64,000 nt of DNA from Gammaproteobacteria bacterium (GCA_018666555.1 JABIZD010000017.1:33022-97021), one strand, 5' to 3'; counted from the first letter of the stretch, positions 36,217 to 47,390 are shown. Program-made: numbers and translations. The notes: generated from the letters alone by a model not told the origin.

Positions 36217-37608
36217 TCAAGTCGAGTGAATACGACCATGCTGACTGGATCGATAGACGGTTTTGTTAATCCATTGCCAACTGAAAGCACCGAGAACTGA
36301 AACCGTGATAGCGCTGGCAATAAAAATTCCAACGTAGCCTAAAAGGTAGTCGCCTATCAGGGCGAGCGGTATATAAATTACGATCATCTGCAGGATGGAG
36401 ATGAGAAGTGGTGGCAAAGGCTTTCCCAGGGCATTGAAGCCAGAGTTCGCATTTGCCATGACACCCATAAAACCCATGCCCAGAGGTACGATGAGAAGAT
36501 AGTATACGGCTGCCTCAATGACCTCAGGGTCATTATTGATCAGTGAGACCAGGGTTCTGGCTGACAAAACGAGCACGATATAGGCAAATACCCCCCAGGC
36601 CATTGCAAACCAATTAGCTAGTCGAAGGGCAAGTTTTACCCGTTCAAAATAGCCAGCCCCCCAGTTTTGGCCGACAAAGGGTGCCAGGCTAATTGAAAGT
36701 GCAAAGATGATCATCTGAATCATCGACTCTATTCGAGAAGCAATTCCAAAGCCTGCGACAACTACGGCACCGTGCTCGGCAAGTAGCCGTGTGATAACAC
36801 TCATAGACACAGGAGCGATGAGATTACTGGCAACTGCAGGCAAGCCGACATGAGAAATATCACGGCATGATGAGAAAAACCCACGCATTTCAAAGGTGAG
36901 CAAGTTATCTCGGATAATCATTACATAGGCGTAGGAAAGAAAACTCACGGTCCGAGCTATGATAAAACTCACAGCTGCACCTTTTAAACCCATCTCTGGC
37001 ACACCCATTAGGCCAAAGATAAAAAAAGGTGCTATGACGATATGCAGACTGGAGCCGATGGTCATCAGGTAACCTGGCGTAACCGCGTCACCCATGGCTC
37101 GCATCAAAGTCATGCCAACCAGTGTGATGGTAAAAAATGGCATACCCAGTAGCCAGACCCGCATATAACCTAAAGTAAGGTCGAGTACCTCACCTTCGGC
37201 ACCGAGGAGGGTGAAAAATCGTTCGAGGTTGAAGTAAACCAGGACTCCAAGCAGTGCTGTCAGGCTGAGTACGAGAACAATGCAGTGGGTATTGAGTAGT
37301 TTCGCCTTGGCTGTGTCGCCGACCCCCATGATCCTGGCGACGACCGAAGATGCGCCGACACTCAGCCCCATGGCGACCGCCTGCATTATCATTACTAAAG
37401 GAAAAGTGAAGCTGATTGCGGCAAGTTGTTTAGTCCCTACCTGGCCAATATAAACGGTCTCCATGAGGCTCGCGGTCATGATGGAAATGAAACCGAGCAG
37501 CATATAGCCGGTTAATTTTATTAGATGGGAATGAACGGCACCTTCGGTGAAATTGCCTGCGGCCGGAGCAGGTTGAATCTGATCATCGTTGCTGACTGGT
37601 TGGTTCAC
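36217..37608 (-). CDS. MATE family efflux transporter
   Basis: 463 aa, about 12 hydrophobic spans, internal two-fold repeat and MATE-like loops. GTG start at 37608. Confidence 0.8.
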   Translation of the reverse strand: MNQPVSNDDQIQPAPAAGNFTEGAVHSHLIKLTGYMLLGFISIMTASLMETVYIGQVGTKQLAAISFTFPLVMIMQAVAMGLSVGASSVVARIMGVGDTAKAKLLNTHCIVLVLSLTALLGVLVYFNLERFFTLLGAEGEVLDLTLGYMRVWLLGMPFFTITLVGMTLMRAMGDAVTPGYLMTIGSSLHIVIAPFFIFGLMGVPEMGLKGAAVSFIIARTVSFLSYAYVMIIRDNLLTFEMRGFFSSCRDISHVGLPAVASNLIAPVSMSVITRLLAEHGAVVVAGFGIASRIESMIQMIIFALSISLAPFVGQNWGAGYFERVKLALRLANWFAMAWGVFAYIVLVLSARTLVSLINNDPEVIEAAVYYLLIVPLGMGFMGVMANANSGFNALGKPLPPLLISILQMIVIYIPLALIGDYLLGYVGIFIASAITVSVLGAFSWQWINKTVYRSSQHGRIHST

Positions 37609-37732
37609 AAAAGGTTAGACAGGTAAGAGAACCCGCATTTAGGCATAAATGAGTCAGTAATGCTACTTGGTAGCTGGACGTGGGGTCATTGAAACAAGGT
37701 AGGCACAGCGATTAAACCTGAACCGAAAATTG

Positions 37733-37753
37733 ACTTGCTTGTTCCAAGCAAGT
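37733..37753. promoter_or_regulatory. Perfect palindrome ACTTGCTTG-TTC-CAAGCAAGT, candidate TetR operator
   Basis: Read directly. 9-bp arms and a 3-bp spacer, ending 35 nt upstream of the ACAD ATG (37789). The operon encodes a TetR regulator at 39567. Confidence 0.55.
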
Positions 37754-37788
37754 ATCTTAGGTGGTTCCTTAATTTGCGTAGATGAATC

Positions 37789-39564
37789 ATGGCTGAATAT
37801 GTGCCACCCTCCCGAGAGATCGGATTTGTTATCAATGAATTACTCGATTATTCCCGATTGGCTGGGCTTAACGATTTCTCAGAAGCCACCACCGAATTGA
37901 CATCGGCTGTGCTTGAGGAAGCAGCTAAATTTGCTGGTAAGGTAATGGCCCCGCTCAATCGAATTGGTGATCAGCAGGGCATCAGGCAGCAAGGTGACGA
38001 GGTCATAACACCCGATGGTTTTGCCGATGCGTATCAGCTGTTTGTTGAAAACCAATGGCTGAGTCTGGCTCAGGATCCCCAGTATGGTGGTCAGGGGTTA
38101 CCTTATATCGTTCATTTGGCTGCATCAGAGATGTGGAATAGTGCTTGTGCTTCGATGGCGATCTGCCCGTTACTGACAGCAGGTGGAATTGATGCTCTGA
38201 TAGCTCATGCCAGTGAGGAACTCAAAGACAAATACCTGCCTTCGCTAGTGAGCGGTAAATGGACTGCGACTATGAATCTGACTGAATCCCATGCAGGTTC
38301 GGACCTATCGACGCTGAAAACCCGGGCTGAACCTGACGGCGAAATATACCGTATTCGTGGCCAGAAAATATTTATCACCTGGGGTGAGCATGATATGGCA
38401 GAGAACATCCTGCATTTGGTGCTGGCTCCAATGGTTGATGCTCCGGCGGGAAACCGGGGTTTGTCACTGTTCCTGGTGCCAAAGTTTTTAGTCGCTGATG
38501 ATGGCCGTTTAGGTGAACGCAATGACCTCAGAGTCATTGCCACCGAAGATAAACTGGGTATCCATGCCAGCCCAACCTGCGTCATGAGCTTTGGCGAAAA
38601 TAAAGGTGCAGTGGGTTATCTCATCGGTCAGGCGGGTGATGGCCTTGCCTGTATGTTTACTCTGATGAATCATGCCCGGCTTGAGGTTGGCTTGCAGGGC
38701 TTGTCGCTGTCAGAGCGATCCTATCAGGATGCTTTAGCCTATGCTAAAGACAGGGTACAGGGTCGAAATATAAAAACGGGCGCACCAGCTGCAATTATTG
38801 AACACGCCGACGTGCAGCGTATGTTGATGTCCATGAAGTCGTTGACCGAAGCGATGCGAGGTCTCACCTATGATGGGGCCTTTTCTCATGACCTGGAAAT
38901 TCACGGAAAAGACGAAACGGAACGAGCCGTTTATAAACGGCGGTTCGCTCTGCTGACACCATTGATAAAAGCCTGGTGCACGGAACTCGTTAATGAAATC
39001 ACGTCTCTGGGCATCCAGGTTCATGGTGGCATGGGCTTTATCGAGGAAACAGGCGCGGCCCAGCATTACAGGGATGCACGTATCCTCTCGATCTATGAAG
39101 GTACTAACGGGATACAGGCAAATGACCTGGTAGAGCGTAAGGTTTTACGCGACCAAGGCGTTGCGCTGGCCTCTTATGTTGCCGAGATGCTGGAGACAGC
39201 AGAGCGGGCAAAATCTGTCGGTGCGTTAGAATCGATAGCGATTCAACTCGAGGATGCGGTGGCTAATCTGCAGTCAGCGGCAGTGTATGTTTTCGAAAGA
39301 GCCAGCACTGACCAGAAATTTGTCGGTGCGATTGCTTATAATTTTTTGATGATGATGGGGTATGTAGCTGGTGGTTGGTATATGGCGCAATCCGCAGAGA
39401 AGGCTTTAGCCGAACTCGAAAGCGGAGATGCAACTTTTTACCGGAAGAAGCTTTTGTCCGTGAATTTTTATTTTGCGCAGATGTTACCTCGCCATAAAGC
39501 TTACCTGGATGCGCTGGTTAGTGGCGCGGATATTGGTATTGAGCTCAACGAAGAGAGTTTCTGA
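37789..39564 (+). CDS. Large acyl-CoA dehydrogenase (FadE-like, with extra C-terminal domain)
   Basis: 591 aa. Motifs TESHAGSD, RGQKIFITWGEHD and QVHGGMGFIEETGAAQHYRDARILSIYEGTNGIQ, then a C-terminal extension of about 150 aa. Confidence 0.9.
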   Translation: MAEYVPPSREIGFVINELLDYSRLAGLNDFSEATTELTSAVLEEAAKFAGKVMAPLNRIGDQQGIRQQGDEVITPDGFADAYQLFVENQWLSLAQDPQYGGQGLPYIVHLAASEMWNSACASMAICPLLTAGGIDALIAHASEELKDKYLPSLVSGKWTATMNLTESHAGSDLSTLKTRAEPDGEIYRIRGQKIFITWGEHDMAENILHLVLAPMVDAPAGNRGLSLFLVPKFLVADDGRLGERNDLRVIATEDKLGIHASPTCVMSFGENKGAVGYLIGQAGDGLACMFTLMNHARLEVGLQGLSLSERSYQDALAYAKDRVQGRNIKTGAPAAIIEHADVQRMLMSMKSLTEAMRGLTYDGAFSHDLEIHGKDETERAVYKRRFALLTPLIKAWCTELVNEITSLGIQVHGGMGFIEETGAAQHYRDARILSIYEGTNGIQANDLVERKVLRDQGVALASYVAEMLETAERAKSVGALESIAIQLEDAVANLQSAAVYVFERASTDQKFVGAIAYNFLMMMGYVAGGWYMAQSAEKALAELESGDATFYRKKLLSVNFYFAQMLPRHKAYLDALVSGADIGIELNEESF

Positions 39565-39566
39565 TT

Positions 39567-40217
39567 ATGGATGCCAAGACTAATGGCAGGTTGACCCAGG
39601 CAGAAAGGACTGAGATTTCAGATAATCGAATGCTAAATGCAGCTGTCAGTCTGATCGTTGAAAATGGGCCTGCCGTGACCCGATTGAAGGAAGTCGGCCT
39701 ATTGGCCGGTTACAGTCGAGGCCTGGCGGGCCAGCGATTTGGCTCCAAGGATAAGCTGTTTGCATTTGTACTGCGACAGATAGGTGATTCCTGGCTCGGC
39801 CAGTTAACTAAAGCAACTAACAAAAAAACTGGCCGAGATGCGATTCATGATGCCTTGGATGAACACTATAAATTTTGCTTCGAGGCTCCTGATCAGGTTC
39901 GTGCTTTCTACACCTTGTTGTTTGAGTCGGTTAACGCCGGTTCTGAACTTTCAGAGATGATTGCTAATATCCATAAACGCCGTCATCTTGATGTAGTAAA
40001 CTGGATTACTTCAGATGCCCATATCTGTGCAGAAACAAAAAGCAATGCAGATGCAATTGCAGGTCAGTTTTGTGCATCTGTTATTGGTATTGTGTATGCA
40101 TGGCTTGGTAATCCATCTGATCTTCAGGAAATCTGTAAGCTGCACGAGAACCTGAAGAAGACCATGACCTTGCTGCTTTCTGTGGCAACACTCAATTTAA
40201 CTAATCCTGAGGCCTAA
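39567..40217 (+). CDS. TetR family transcriptional regulator
   Basis: 216 aa starting 2 nt after the ACAD stop. N-terminal helix-turn-helix region [44 protein letters not shown]. Confidence 0.8.
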   Translation: MDAKTNGRLTQAERTEISDNRMLNAAVSLIVENGPAVTRLKEVGLLAGYSRGLAGQRFGSKDKLFAFVLRQIGDSWLGQLTKATNKKTGRDAIHDALDEHYKFCFEAPDQVRAFYTLLFESVNAGSELSEMIANIHKRRHLDVVNWITSDAHICAETKSNADAIAGQFCASVIGIVYAWLGNPSDLQEICKLHENLKKTMTLLLSVATLNLTNPEA

Positions 40218-40221
40218 GCTC

Positions 40222-43200
40222 ATGTCGGAAGCAAAATCACAATCAACGATCAGGCCCGCACAGGGCGCCACACAAACGGACAAACAACAACCGCCACTGC
40301 GCTTTGTTACCGCAGCAAGTCTATTTGACGGGCATGACGCATCCATCAATATCATGCGTCGAATTCTGCAATCTCATGGTGTCGAAGTGATTCACCTCGC
40401 TCATAACAGGGCTGTATCTGAAGTAGTGCAAGCGGCCCTTCAGGAGGATGTACAGGCAATTGCAATTAGCTCTTATCAAGGTGGTCATGTCGAATATTTT
40501 AAGTACGTTGTCGACATGCTCAGGGAAAACAACGCCAGTCATATCAAAGTGTTTGGCGGCGGTGGTGGGGTGATCGTACCCGATGAGATTAAGGAATTAC
40601 ATGACTATGGGGTTACTCGAATCTATTCACCACACGACGGCATGAATATGGGCCTGGTCGGCATGATCCAGAATATGGTTGATCAGTGCAAGGTAGGCGA
40701 ACCAGGCCAAGTCCCGATGAAGGATATCAAGCCAGATGATTATCTGGCCCTGTCGACCATGATTACAGCAGTCGAACGAGGTGAGATGGGCGCAGCTGAC
40801 TGGGCTGCATTGAAGCTGGGCTCAGATAAATCGATTCCAGTGCTGGGGATAACGGGTACTGGAGGCGCGGGCAAGTCGTCGTTAACCGACGAAATTATTC
40901 GTCGTTTTCGTATTGATAGCGATGACTCAGTCAAGATTGCTATTCTGGCGATTGATCCAACCCGTCGCAAAACCGGTGGTGCGCTGCTTGGCGATCGTAT
41001 TCGGATGAATTCAATTTACTCGCCAAATATTTTCATGCGTTCTATAGCGACCCGCCAGTCAGTAGGTGAGGTGCCGGATTATCTTCCCGAAATTATCGCC
41101 GCGACGCAGAAATTTGATTTTGACCTGATCGTAGTGGAGACCCCGGGAATCGGCCAGGGTGACGCAGGAATTGTTCCTTATGTGGATGTGTCGATGTACG
41201 TTATGACACCAGAGTTCGGTGCCCAGAGCCAGCTGGAGAAGATCGATATGCTGGATTTTGCCGACCAGGTTGTTATCAATAAATTTGACCGAAAGGGTGC
41301 CGAGGATGCCTTGCGGGACGTATCCAAGCAGGTTCAGAGGAATCAGGAGGCCTGGGATAAGTCACCAAAAGATCTACCTGTCTTTGGAACCATTGCTTCA
41401 CGCTTCGGGGATGATGGAGTGTCTTCTGCCTATCATGGCTTATTAAGCATCTTGCGTAGCAAGGGTCTGCGTCAGTGGAAATCGCTGCTTCCTTTCAGGG
41501 ATAGCCGATTGCCATCAGAGCGTTCCATTATCGTACCATCCGGGCGTATTCGCTATCTTGCCGAGATTGCTGAAACTATCCGGGGTTACCTGACCCAGGC
41601 AGATTCCCAGGCAGTTGTTGCCAGAGAGTGCCAGCAATTGCAGGCAACCCAGCGTATGTTGGGTGAGGATAATAGTCGTATTTCTACGTTGATTGATCAG
41701 CGTACTGAGCAACTCTCCAGTGAGAATAAAGAGCTGCTTGGGGCCTGGCCTGATCTGAAAGCGGCCTATGCTGGCGAAGAACGGGTAGAAAACACATCCA
41801 GCGGCAAACAAATTACAACTCGTCTTGGAAGCCAGACGTTATCAGGAAATTGGGTTCAGCGTGTTTCTGTGCCTCGGTATGAGGATGATGGTGAGGTGCT
41901 GAAGTTCCTTAAACGAGAAAACCTGCCGGGGTTTTTCCCCTTTACTGCCGGCGTCTTTCCGTTTAAGCGAGAGGGCGAGGATCCTGCAAGGATGTTTGCC
42001 GGGGAAGGTGATCCAGCTCGAACCAATCGTCGTTTTAAAAAGCTTTCGGAACACTCTGATGCAAAAAGGTTGTCCACCGCATTTGATAGCGTCACGCTGT
42101 ACGGATTTGATCCGGCAACCCGGCCAGATATTTACGGCAAGATTGGTAATTCTGGAGTTTCAGTGGCGACGCTTGAAGACATGAAAGTCCTATATGGCGG
42201 GTTCGACCTTTGTGATCCGATGACCTCAGTATCAATGACCATTAATGGTCCTGCACCGGCGATTCTTGCAATGTTTCTGAATACGGCCATCGATCAACAA
42301 GTCGATCTGTTTACCCAGAAGCAGGGCAGAGAGCCTACCGAGTCAGAAGCAGCAGAATTGAAGCAGTTCGCGCTCAGTAGTGTCAGGGGAACTGTACAGG
42401 CTGATATTTTGAAGGAAGATCAGGGCCAGAATACGTGTATATTTTCTACCGAATTCAGTTTGCGAATGATGGGAGATATCCAGCAATACTTTATTGATAA
42501 TCAGGTCAGGAATTTTTATTCAGTGTCGATTTCCGGGTACCACATTGCTGAAGCTGGTGCGAACCCGATATCTCAACTGGCGTTCACGCTCGCGAATGGA
42601 TTCACCTTTGTTGAGACTTATCTGGCTCGAGGTATGTTGATCGATGATTTTGCGGCCAACCTGTCTTTTTTCTTTTCCAATGGAATGGACCCTGAATATA
42701 CGGTCATTGGTCGGGTTGCTCGTCGTATCTGGGCGATCGCCATGCGAGAAAAATATGGTGCAACTGAACGCAGCCAGAAATTGAAATACCACATACAGAC
42801 TTCGGGTCGGTCCCTGCACGCCCAGGAAATGCAGTTTAATGATATAAGGACAACCTTGCAGGCCCTGCTGGCCATTAACGACAATTGCAACAGCCTGCAC
42901 ACAAATGCCTATGATGAGGCTATTACAACGCCTACCGAAGAGTCGGTACGACGTGCTCTGGCGATACAGTTGATTATTAACCGAGAATTTGGCGTAACTA
43001 AAACGGAGAACCCTGGTCAGGGTGCGTTTATTGTAGATGAACTCACTGATTTGGTTGAAGAAGCCGTGTTGCGCGAGTTCGAAAGTATCTCAGATCGAGG
43101 TGGTGTGCTGGGTGCAATGGAGACTGGTTATCAACGAGGTAAGATTCAGGAAGAATCTATGAAGTATGAAACGCTAAAGCATAATGGCAATCTCCCCATT

Positions 43201-43482
43201 ATCGGTGTAAATACGTTTCAGCCTGAAAACGAACCTGAACAAATGACCATAGAGCTCGCACGTTCAACCGAGGAAGAGAAACAGAGCCAGATAGCTCGAC
43301 TGGCCGACTTTCAGTCCAGGCATGCTGATCAGTCTGGGGAGGCTTTGGCGAACCTGAAGCAGACCATCTCTGAGGGGGGAGATGGTTTTGATGCGCTGAT
43401 GCAGGCGGTGCGTTGCTGTTCTTTAGGGCAATTGACCGATGCTTTTTTTGAAGTTGGCGGTCAGTATCGACGTAATACTTGA
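40222..43482 (+). CDS. icmF: Fused isobutyryl-CoA mutase IcmF (B12-binding domain, MeaB-like GTPase and mutase barrel)
   Basis: 1086 aa. The N-terminal [13 protein letters not shown] is the B12 His-ligand region. P-loop [13 protein letters not shown] and NKFD are GTPase motifs. The C-terminal acyl-CoA mutase domain has TINGPAP and [10 protein letters not shown]. Domain order and length match IcmF. Confidence 0.9.
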   Translation: MSEAKSQSTIRPAQGATQTDKQQPPLRFVTAASLFDGHDASINIMRRILQSHGVEVIHLAHNRAVSEVVQAALQEDVQAIAISSYQGGHVEYFKYVVDMLRENNASHIKVFGGGGGVIVPDEIKELHDYGVTRIYSPHDGMNMGLVGMIQNMVDQCKVGEPGQVPMKDIKPDDYLALSTMITAVERGEMGAADWAALKLGSDKSIPVLGITGTGGAGKSSLTDEIIRRFRIDSDDSVKIAILAIDPTRRKTGGALLGDRIRMNSIYSPNIFMRSIATRQSVGEVPDYLPEIIAATQKFDFDLIVVETPGIGQGDAGIVPYVDVSMYVMTPEFGAQSQLEKIDMLDFADQVVINKFDRKGAEDALRDVSKQVQRNQEAWDKSPKDLPVFGTIASRFGDDGVSSAYHGLLSILRSKGLRQWKSLLPFRDSRLPSERSIIVPSGRIRYLAEIAETIRGYLTQADSQAVVARECQQLQATQRMLGEDNSRISTLIDQRTEQLSSENKELLGAWPDLKAAYAGEERVENTSSGKQITTRLGSQTLSGNWVQRVSVPRYEDDGEVLKFLKRENLPGFFPFTAGVFPFKREGEDPARMFAGEGDPARTNRRFKKLSEHSDAKRLSTAFDSVTLYGFDPATRPDIYGKIGNSGVSVATLEDMKVLYGGFDLCDPMTSVSMTINGPAPAILAMFLNTAIDQQVDLFTQKQGREPTESEAAELKQFALSSVRGTVQADILKEDQGQNTCIFSTEFSLRMMGDIQQYFIDNQVRNFYSVSISGYHIAEAGANPISQLAFTLANGFTFVETYLARGMLIDDFAANLSFFFSNGMDPEYTVIGRVARRIWAIAMREKYGATERSQKLKYHIQTSGRSLHAQEMQFNDIRTTLQALLAINDNCNSLHTNAYDEAITTPTEESVRRALAIQLIINREFGVTKTENPGQGAFIVDELTDLVEEAVLREFESISDRGGVLGAMETGYQRGKIQEESMKYETLKHNGNLPIIGVNTFQPENEPEQMTIELARSTEEEKQSQIARLADFQSRHADQSGEALANLKQTISEGGDGFDALMQAVRCCSLGQLTDAFFEVGGQYRRNT

Positions 43483-43492
43483 GGCGCCGAAC

Positions 43493-43657
43493 ATGTCAGA
43501 TGCAGAGAGGTGGCCAATTAAGCAGCTAGTTGAAGGGGTTCACTACTATATAGAAGACGGTTTGATGGTGCTGACGGAGCATTATCATCGAGTGCGCGGC
43601 AGTTGCTGTGGTAATGCCTGCAGGCACTGTCCATACGATCATAGGAACGTAAGGTAA
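43493..43657 (+). CDS. Small Cys-rich protein (DUF5522-like)
   Basis: 54 aa from the ATG at 43493, 10 nt after the icmF stop. Motif GSCCGNACRHCPY. The ORF-track start at 43439 would overlap icmF. Confidence 0.6.
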   Translation: MSDAERWPIKQLVEGVHYYIEDGLMVLTEHYHRVRGSCCGNACRHCPYDHRNVR

Positions 43658-44410
43658 TTGCGAGTTATTTCCTTGGTTCCCAGCTTGACCGAAACTCTCA
43701 TAGATTGTGGTGTTGAGGTGGTTGGTAGGACTCGTTTTTGTCTTCATCCCCAGGCCGCTGTGGCCAGTATTCCCGTTGTTGGTGGTACTAAAGAGGCCAA
43801 TTGGACCCGGTGTGCAGCTTTGCAGCCGGATCTCGTCCTGATGGATCGTGAGGAAAATACTTTGGAGATGGCGAGGTCTTGTCCCTTCCAATGGTTTGCT
43901 ACCCATATTACCTCTGCAGACGTGGTCGGCAGGGAGTTGAATAAAATTGCCGAGTTGGTCGATAATCAGGGGCTAACAGATTTAGCAGCTAAATGGGAAG
44001 AGCTGGCAGCGATGCCGGATCTGGTTTGCCAACACTGGAAAAACATTCCTGGCCTAATTGATAAAGTCGGTGACCCTGTTCTAGAAGGCGCTCGGGTCGA
44101 ATATATGATCTGGCAGGATCCCTGGATGGCGATTTCCAGGAATACCTTTATTGGTTCGATGCTCGGTAAAGTAGGGCTTGGAGGTCAGTTGGCTGAACAC
44201 GCGACGCCTTACCCGACCCTGGAGGATGAGAGCCTTCCCAGAGCAGATACTTTTTATCTGTTCTCTTCAGAACCTTTCCCGTTTGATCGTTATGTTGATG
44301 ATCTCACGCAGCGAGGATTCAATGGTGCTATTGTGGATGGTGAATATTATTCATGGTTTGGTACGCGTAGTTATCGAAGTCTTAAACAGACGATGGTGGA
44401 GTGGGCCTGA
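43658..44410 (+). CDS. BtuF/TroA-like (class III periplasmic-binding-protein fold) protein without a signal peptide
   Basis: TTG start at 43658, immediately after the TAA of the preceding gene. The N-terminus MRVISLVPSLTETLIDCG is the first strand of cobalamin/siderophore-binding proteins. There is no hydrophobic leader. Confidence 0.7.
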   Translation: MRVISLVPSLTETLIDCGVEVVGRTRFCLHPQAAVASIPVVGGTKEANWTRCAALQPDLVLMDREENTLEMARSCPFQWFATHITSADVVGRELNKIAELVDNQGLTDLAAKWEELAAMPDLVCQHWKNIPGLIDKVGDPVLEGARVEYMIWQDPWMAISRNTFIGSMLGKVGLGGQLAEHATPYPTLEDESLPRADTFYLFSSEPFPFDRYVDDLTQRGFNGAIVDGEYYSWFGTRSYRSLKQTMVEWA

Positions 44411-44552
44411 GCATGCGCGCCCTGCCTCTGCGATTGAGCGCTGTTTATAGAGTTGCTTAGTTTATTTCGATTGATCGATTATATTTGAGTTTATTTTTGT
44501 AAACACCAGGCACCGGGACTAACCCCCTGACTTCAGCTAGAAGGAGCATTTC

Positions 44553-46967
44553 ATGCTAAAAAACCTCATCTCCGGTTATTTGATCGCATTCCCCTTGATG
44601 GCTCTGGCAGCGCTGAACTATCAGGAGCCAGTCGATGAGATTAAGTCTCTGGTCGAGGCGCCACTCGCACCGCAAGTCCGTGTAGACAGTCGTGGTGAAC
44701 ATTTGCTTTTGCTTTATCGCGATTCGTACAAGACGATTGCTGAGCTTTCAGAACCTGAGCTTCGACTGGGTGGACTGCGAGTTAACCCGTTGATCAATGC
44801 GGGTAGCAGAACACGCTATTATAATGCTTTGGCTGTGAAACATATTGGTCAAGGAACAGGGGCTGGTGGGGCTCTGGCATCGGTTGGAGGGCTACCCGCT
44901 AAACCGCGTCTAGCCCACTTTACCTGGTCACCAGATGAGCGCTACGTCACTTTTACCCACGCCACACAAAAAGGAGTGGAAATCTGGCTGCTTGACGTGA
45001 CCAGTCAAAGGGTAAGGCGGCTTAGCCAGGCCAGTGTAAATGCTAACCTGGGTAATCCCGTCACCTGGTCGGCCGATAGCCAGTCCCTGCTTGTCAGGAT
45101 GCTACCTGAAGATACCGGCAGCTTGATCGAAACCAGCACGGCAGTTCCTACAGGGCCGACTGTTTCTGACAGTGATGGTGCGAAAGCTCAAAATAGAACC
45201 TACCAGGATCTACTTAAATCACCGGCAGATGAACATAACTTCGAGCAGCTGGCGCGGTCTGTTATCTACCATCTTGACCTTAAGGGGAATTCAGAACCCT
45301 GGCTGGCGGCTGATCTCTATCGAGATGTGGATATTTCACCTGATGGCCGCTACGTTTTAGTGACTCGGATCAAAAGACCTTTTTCTTATCTGGTGCCCTT
45401 TTACCGTTTTGCTTCGCGCACGGACATACTGTCGCGCTCTGGAGAGATGGTAAAGCAGCTCCTTGATAAACCCGTTGATGAAGTCCGCCCGAAAGGCTTT
45501 ATGGCAACGACCAAAGAGAAACGCGGCTTCAGTTGGCGTGCTGACCTGCCGGCAACAATCACCTGGGTTCAGGCGCTGGATGGGGGTGATCCAGCTATGA
45601 GGGTTGATTATAGAGATGAGGTATTTGAGCTTAGTGCACCGTTTACGGGAAAGCCTAAGTCACTCGTTAAAACCATGAATCGGCTAGATACCATTCACTG
45701 GGGTAATGATCAGCTCGCTGTGGTAGAAGACTTCTGGTTTGATAACCGAAATACCAAGACTTATGTATTCAATCCGTCCGATTCTTCAGTCGGCGCTAAG
45801 CTGATATTTGATCAAAATTATCAGGACAGGTATAGCGATCCCGGTACCTTTATGAAACATAAGAACTCGCGAAGTCAAAGGGTACTGACCCTGGATAAAG
45901 GTAAAGCGTTTCTGGCTGGGGAAGGATTCTCGGCAGAGGGTCAGTTTCCGTTTATTGACCAGATCGATTTGACACAAGGTCAGCGTCAGCGCCGGTATGA
46001 ATCGACTTACACCGATCAGCTGGAACGGTTGGTGCAGGGTATTGATATGATCAGAGGAGTTGTTTTAGTCAGATTGGAATCTCCATCTAACTACCCTAAT
46101 TACTATCTACGTAATATTCAGAGCAACACCCTGACGCCGATCACGAATTTTGAGAACCCCTATGCTGCCCTGAGTAATGTTCATAAAGAGGTGGTCTCTT
46201 ACCAGCGTGATGATGGTTTAGATCTTTCGGCGACGTTATATCTGCCTGCCGGTTACGATAAAAGCAAAGGCGAAAAACTGCCTCTGCTGATGTGGGCTTA
46301 TCCAGTTGAATACAAGGACAAAAACAGCGCTGGCCAGAATACCTCCAATGCCAGTGAGTTTATTTATCCTTATTACGGCAGTCCAATATTCTGGGTCACC
46401 CGGGGTTTTGCTGTGCTTGATGATGCTGCTTTTCCTATAGTGGGTGAAGATGGCAAGCAGCCTAACGACAGTTTCAGGCAGCAGCTTGTTGCCAACGCGG
46501 CAGCTGCGATTAATGCGATTGACGCCTTGGGCTATATTGATCGAGATCGTGTCGCTGTGGGTGGGCATTCATATGGTGCTTTCATGGTGGCAAACCTGCT
46601 CAGTCATTCAGATTTGTTTGCCGCCGGTATCGCCAGAAGCGGAGCCTATAATAGAACACTGACGCCCTTCGGGTTTCAGCGGGAGGAAAGAAGTTACTGG
46701 GACGCGCCGGGAGTGTATTACAGCATGTCGCCATTCATGCACGCTGATAAAATGAAAACGCCGCTGTTGCTGATTCATGGTGCTGCGGATAATAATTCCG
46801 GGACTTACCCTATGCAGAGTGAGCGATATTTCAATGCGCTCAAGGGTCTGGGTGCACCAGCCAGGTTGGTCGTTTTACCCAAGGAAAGCCACGGTTACCG
46901 AGGCAAGGAAAGTATTCTTCATATGCTTTGGGAGCAGGATCAATGGCTGCAACAATACGTCAAATAG
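44553..46967 (+). CDS. Secreted S9 family serine peptidase (prolyl oligopeptidase / dipeptidyl aminopeptidase-like)
   Basis: 804 aa. Signal peptide MLKNLISGYLIAFPLMALAA, a beta-propeller-sized N-terminal region, nucleophile GGHSYGAF, then later LLIHGAADNN and ESHGY. Confidence 0.85.
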   Translation: MLKNLISGYLIAFPLMALAALNYQEPVDEIKSLVEAPLAPQVRVDSRGEHLLLLYRDSYKTIAELSEPELRLGGLRVNPLINAGSRTRYYNALAVKHIGQGTGAGGALASVGGLPAKPRLAHFTWSPDERYVTFTHATQKGVEIWLLDVTSQRVRRLSQASVNANLGNPVTWSADSQSLLVRMLPEDTGSLIETSTAVPTGPTVSDSDGAKAQNRTYQDLLKSPADEHNFEQLARSVIYHLDLKGNSEPWLAADLYRDVDISPDGRYVLVTRIKRPFSYLVPFYRFASRTDILSRSGEMVKQLLDKPVDEVRPKGFMATTKEKRGFSWRADLPATITWVQALDGGDPAMRVDYRDEVFELSAPFTGKPKSLVKTMNRLDTIHWGNDQLAVVEDFWFDNRNTKTYVFNPSDSSVGAKLIFDQNYQDRYSDPGTFMKHKNSRSQRVLTLDKGKAFLAGEGFSAEGQFPFIDQIDLTQGQRQRRYESTYTDQLERLVQGIDMIRGVVLVRLESPSNYPNYYLRNIQSNTLTPITNFENPYAALSNVHKEVVSYQRDDGLDLSATLYLPAGYDKSKGEKLPLLMWAYPVEYKDKNSAGQNTSNASEFIYPYYGSPIFWVTRGFAVLDDAAFPIVGEDGKQPNDSFRQQLVANAAAAINAIDALGYIDRDRVAVGGHSYGAFMVANLLSHSDLFAAGIARSGAYNRTLTPFGFQREERSYWDAPGVYYSMSPFMHADKMKTPLLLIHGAADNNSGTYPMQSERYFNALKGLGAPARLVVLPKESHGYRGKESILHMLWEQDQWLQQYVK

Positions 46968-47390
46968 CTACTTCCAGGCACCGATAATTAACCCCATCAA
47001 TGTTAAATTGACTATCCAGTAACCGCCGACAATAGCGACATAAGTGAAAGATCGCTGTTCAAACATGGCATTGACGCCGATGGCCATGGCAACCCAACCG
47101 AATCCCGTGAGGAAGCCATAAAAGGCACCACTGCTGGCGGTAATCATATCAGCGGAGGCAGGGTCACCATAAAAAAAGATCGCCATAAACAGGGCCATAA
47201 TAAATTCGCAAATAAGTGTGACTCCAAATACCTTCGCCATATTGGAGTTCTGCTGAATTTTCTCTTCCGTTAGCCCAACGCAAGCCATCCACTGTTTTCC
47301 AAACAAAGGCCCGTACCAGAGAAACCCTAACGGGAAACCCACTGCAATGGCGGCGATGACGGCAAACCAGTTAATGGCTGATAAATCCAT
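46968..47390 (-). CDS. DUF1761 family membrane protein
   Basis: 140 aa, four hydrophobic spans. The N-terminus INWFAVIAAIAVGFPLGFLWYGPLFGKQW is typical of DUF1761. Confidence 0.65.
   Translation of the reverse strand: MDLSAINWFAVIAAIAVGFPLGFLWYGPLFGKQWMACVGLTEEKIQQNSNMAKVFGVTLICEFIMALFMAIFFYGDPASADMITASSGAFYGFLTGFGWVAMAIGVNAMFEQRSFTYVAIVGGYWIVNLTLMGLIIGAWK

Noticed and set aside
37609-37788. Possible cobalamin riboswitch ahead of the icmF operon or the BtuF-like gene.
   Set aside because: I recognised no B12-box-like sequence. The BtuF-like gene has no leader at all, because its start abuts the preceding stop.
43439-43492. The longer start for the DUF5522-like ORF, overlapping icmF by 44 nt.
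   Set aside because: The extra 18 aa ([18 protein letters not shown]) are read from the icmF 3' end in another frame. The ATG at 43493 lies just after the icmF stop.
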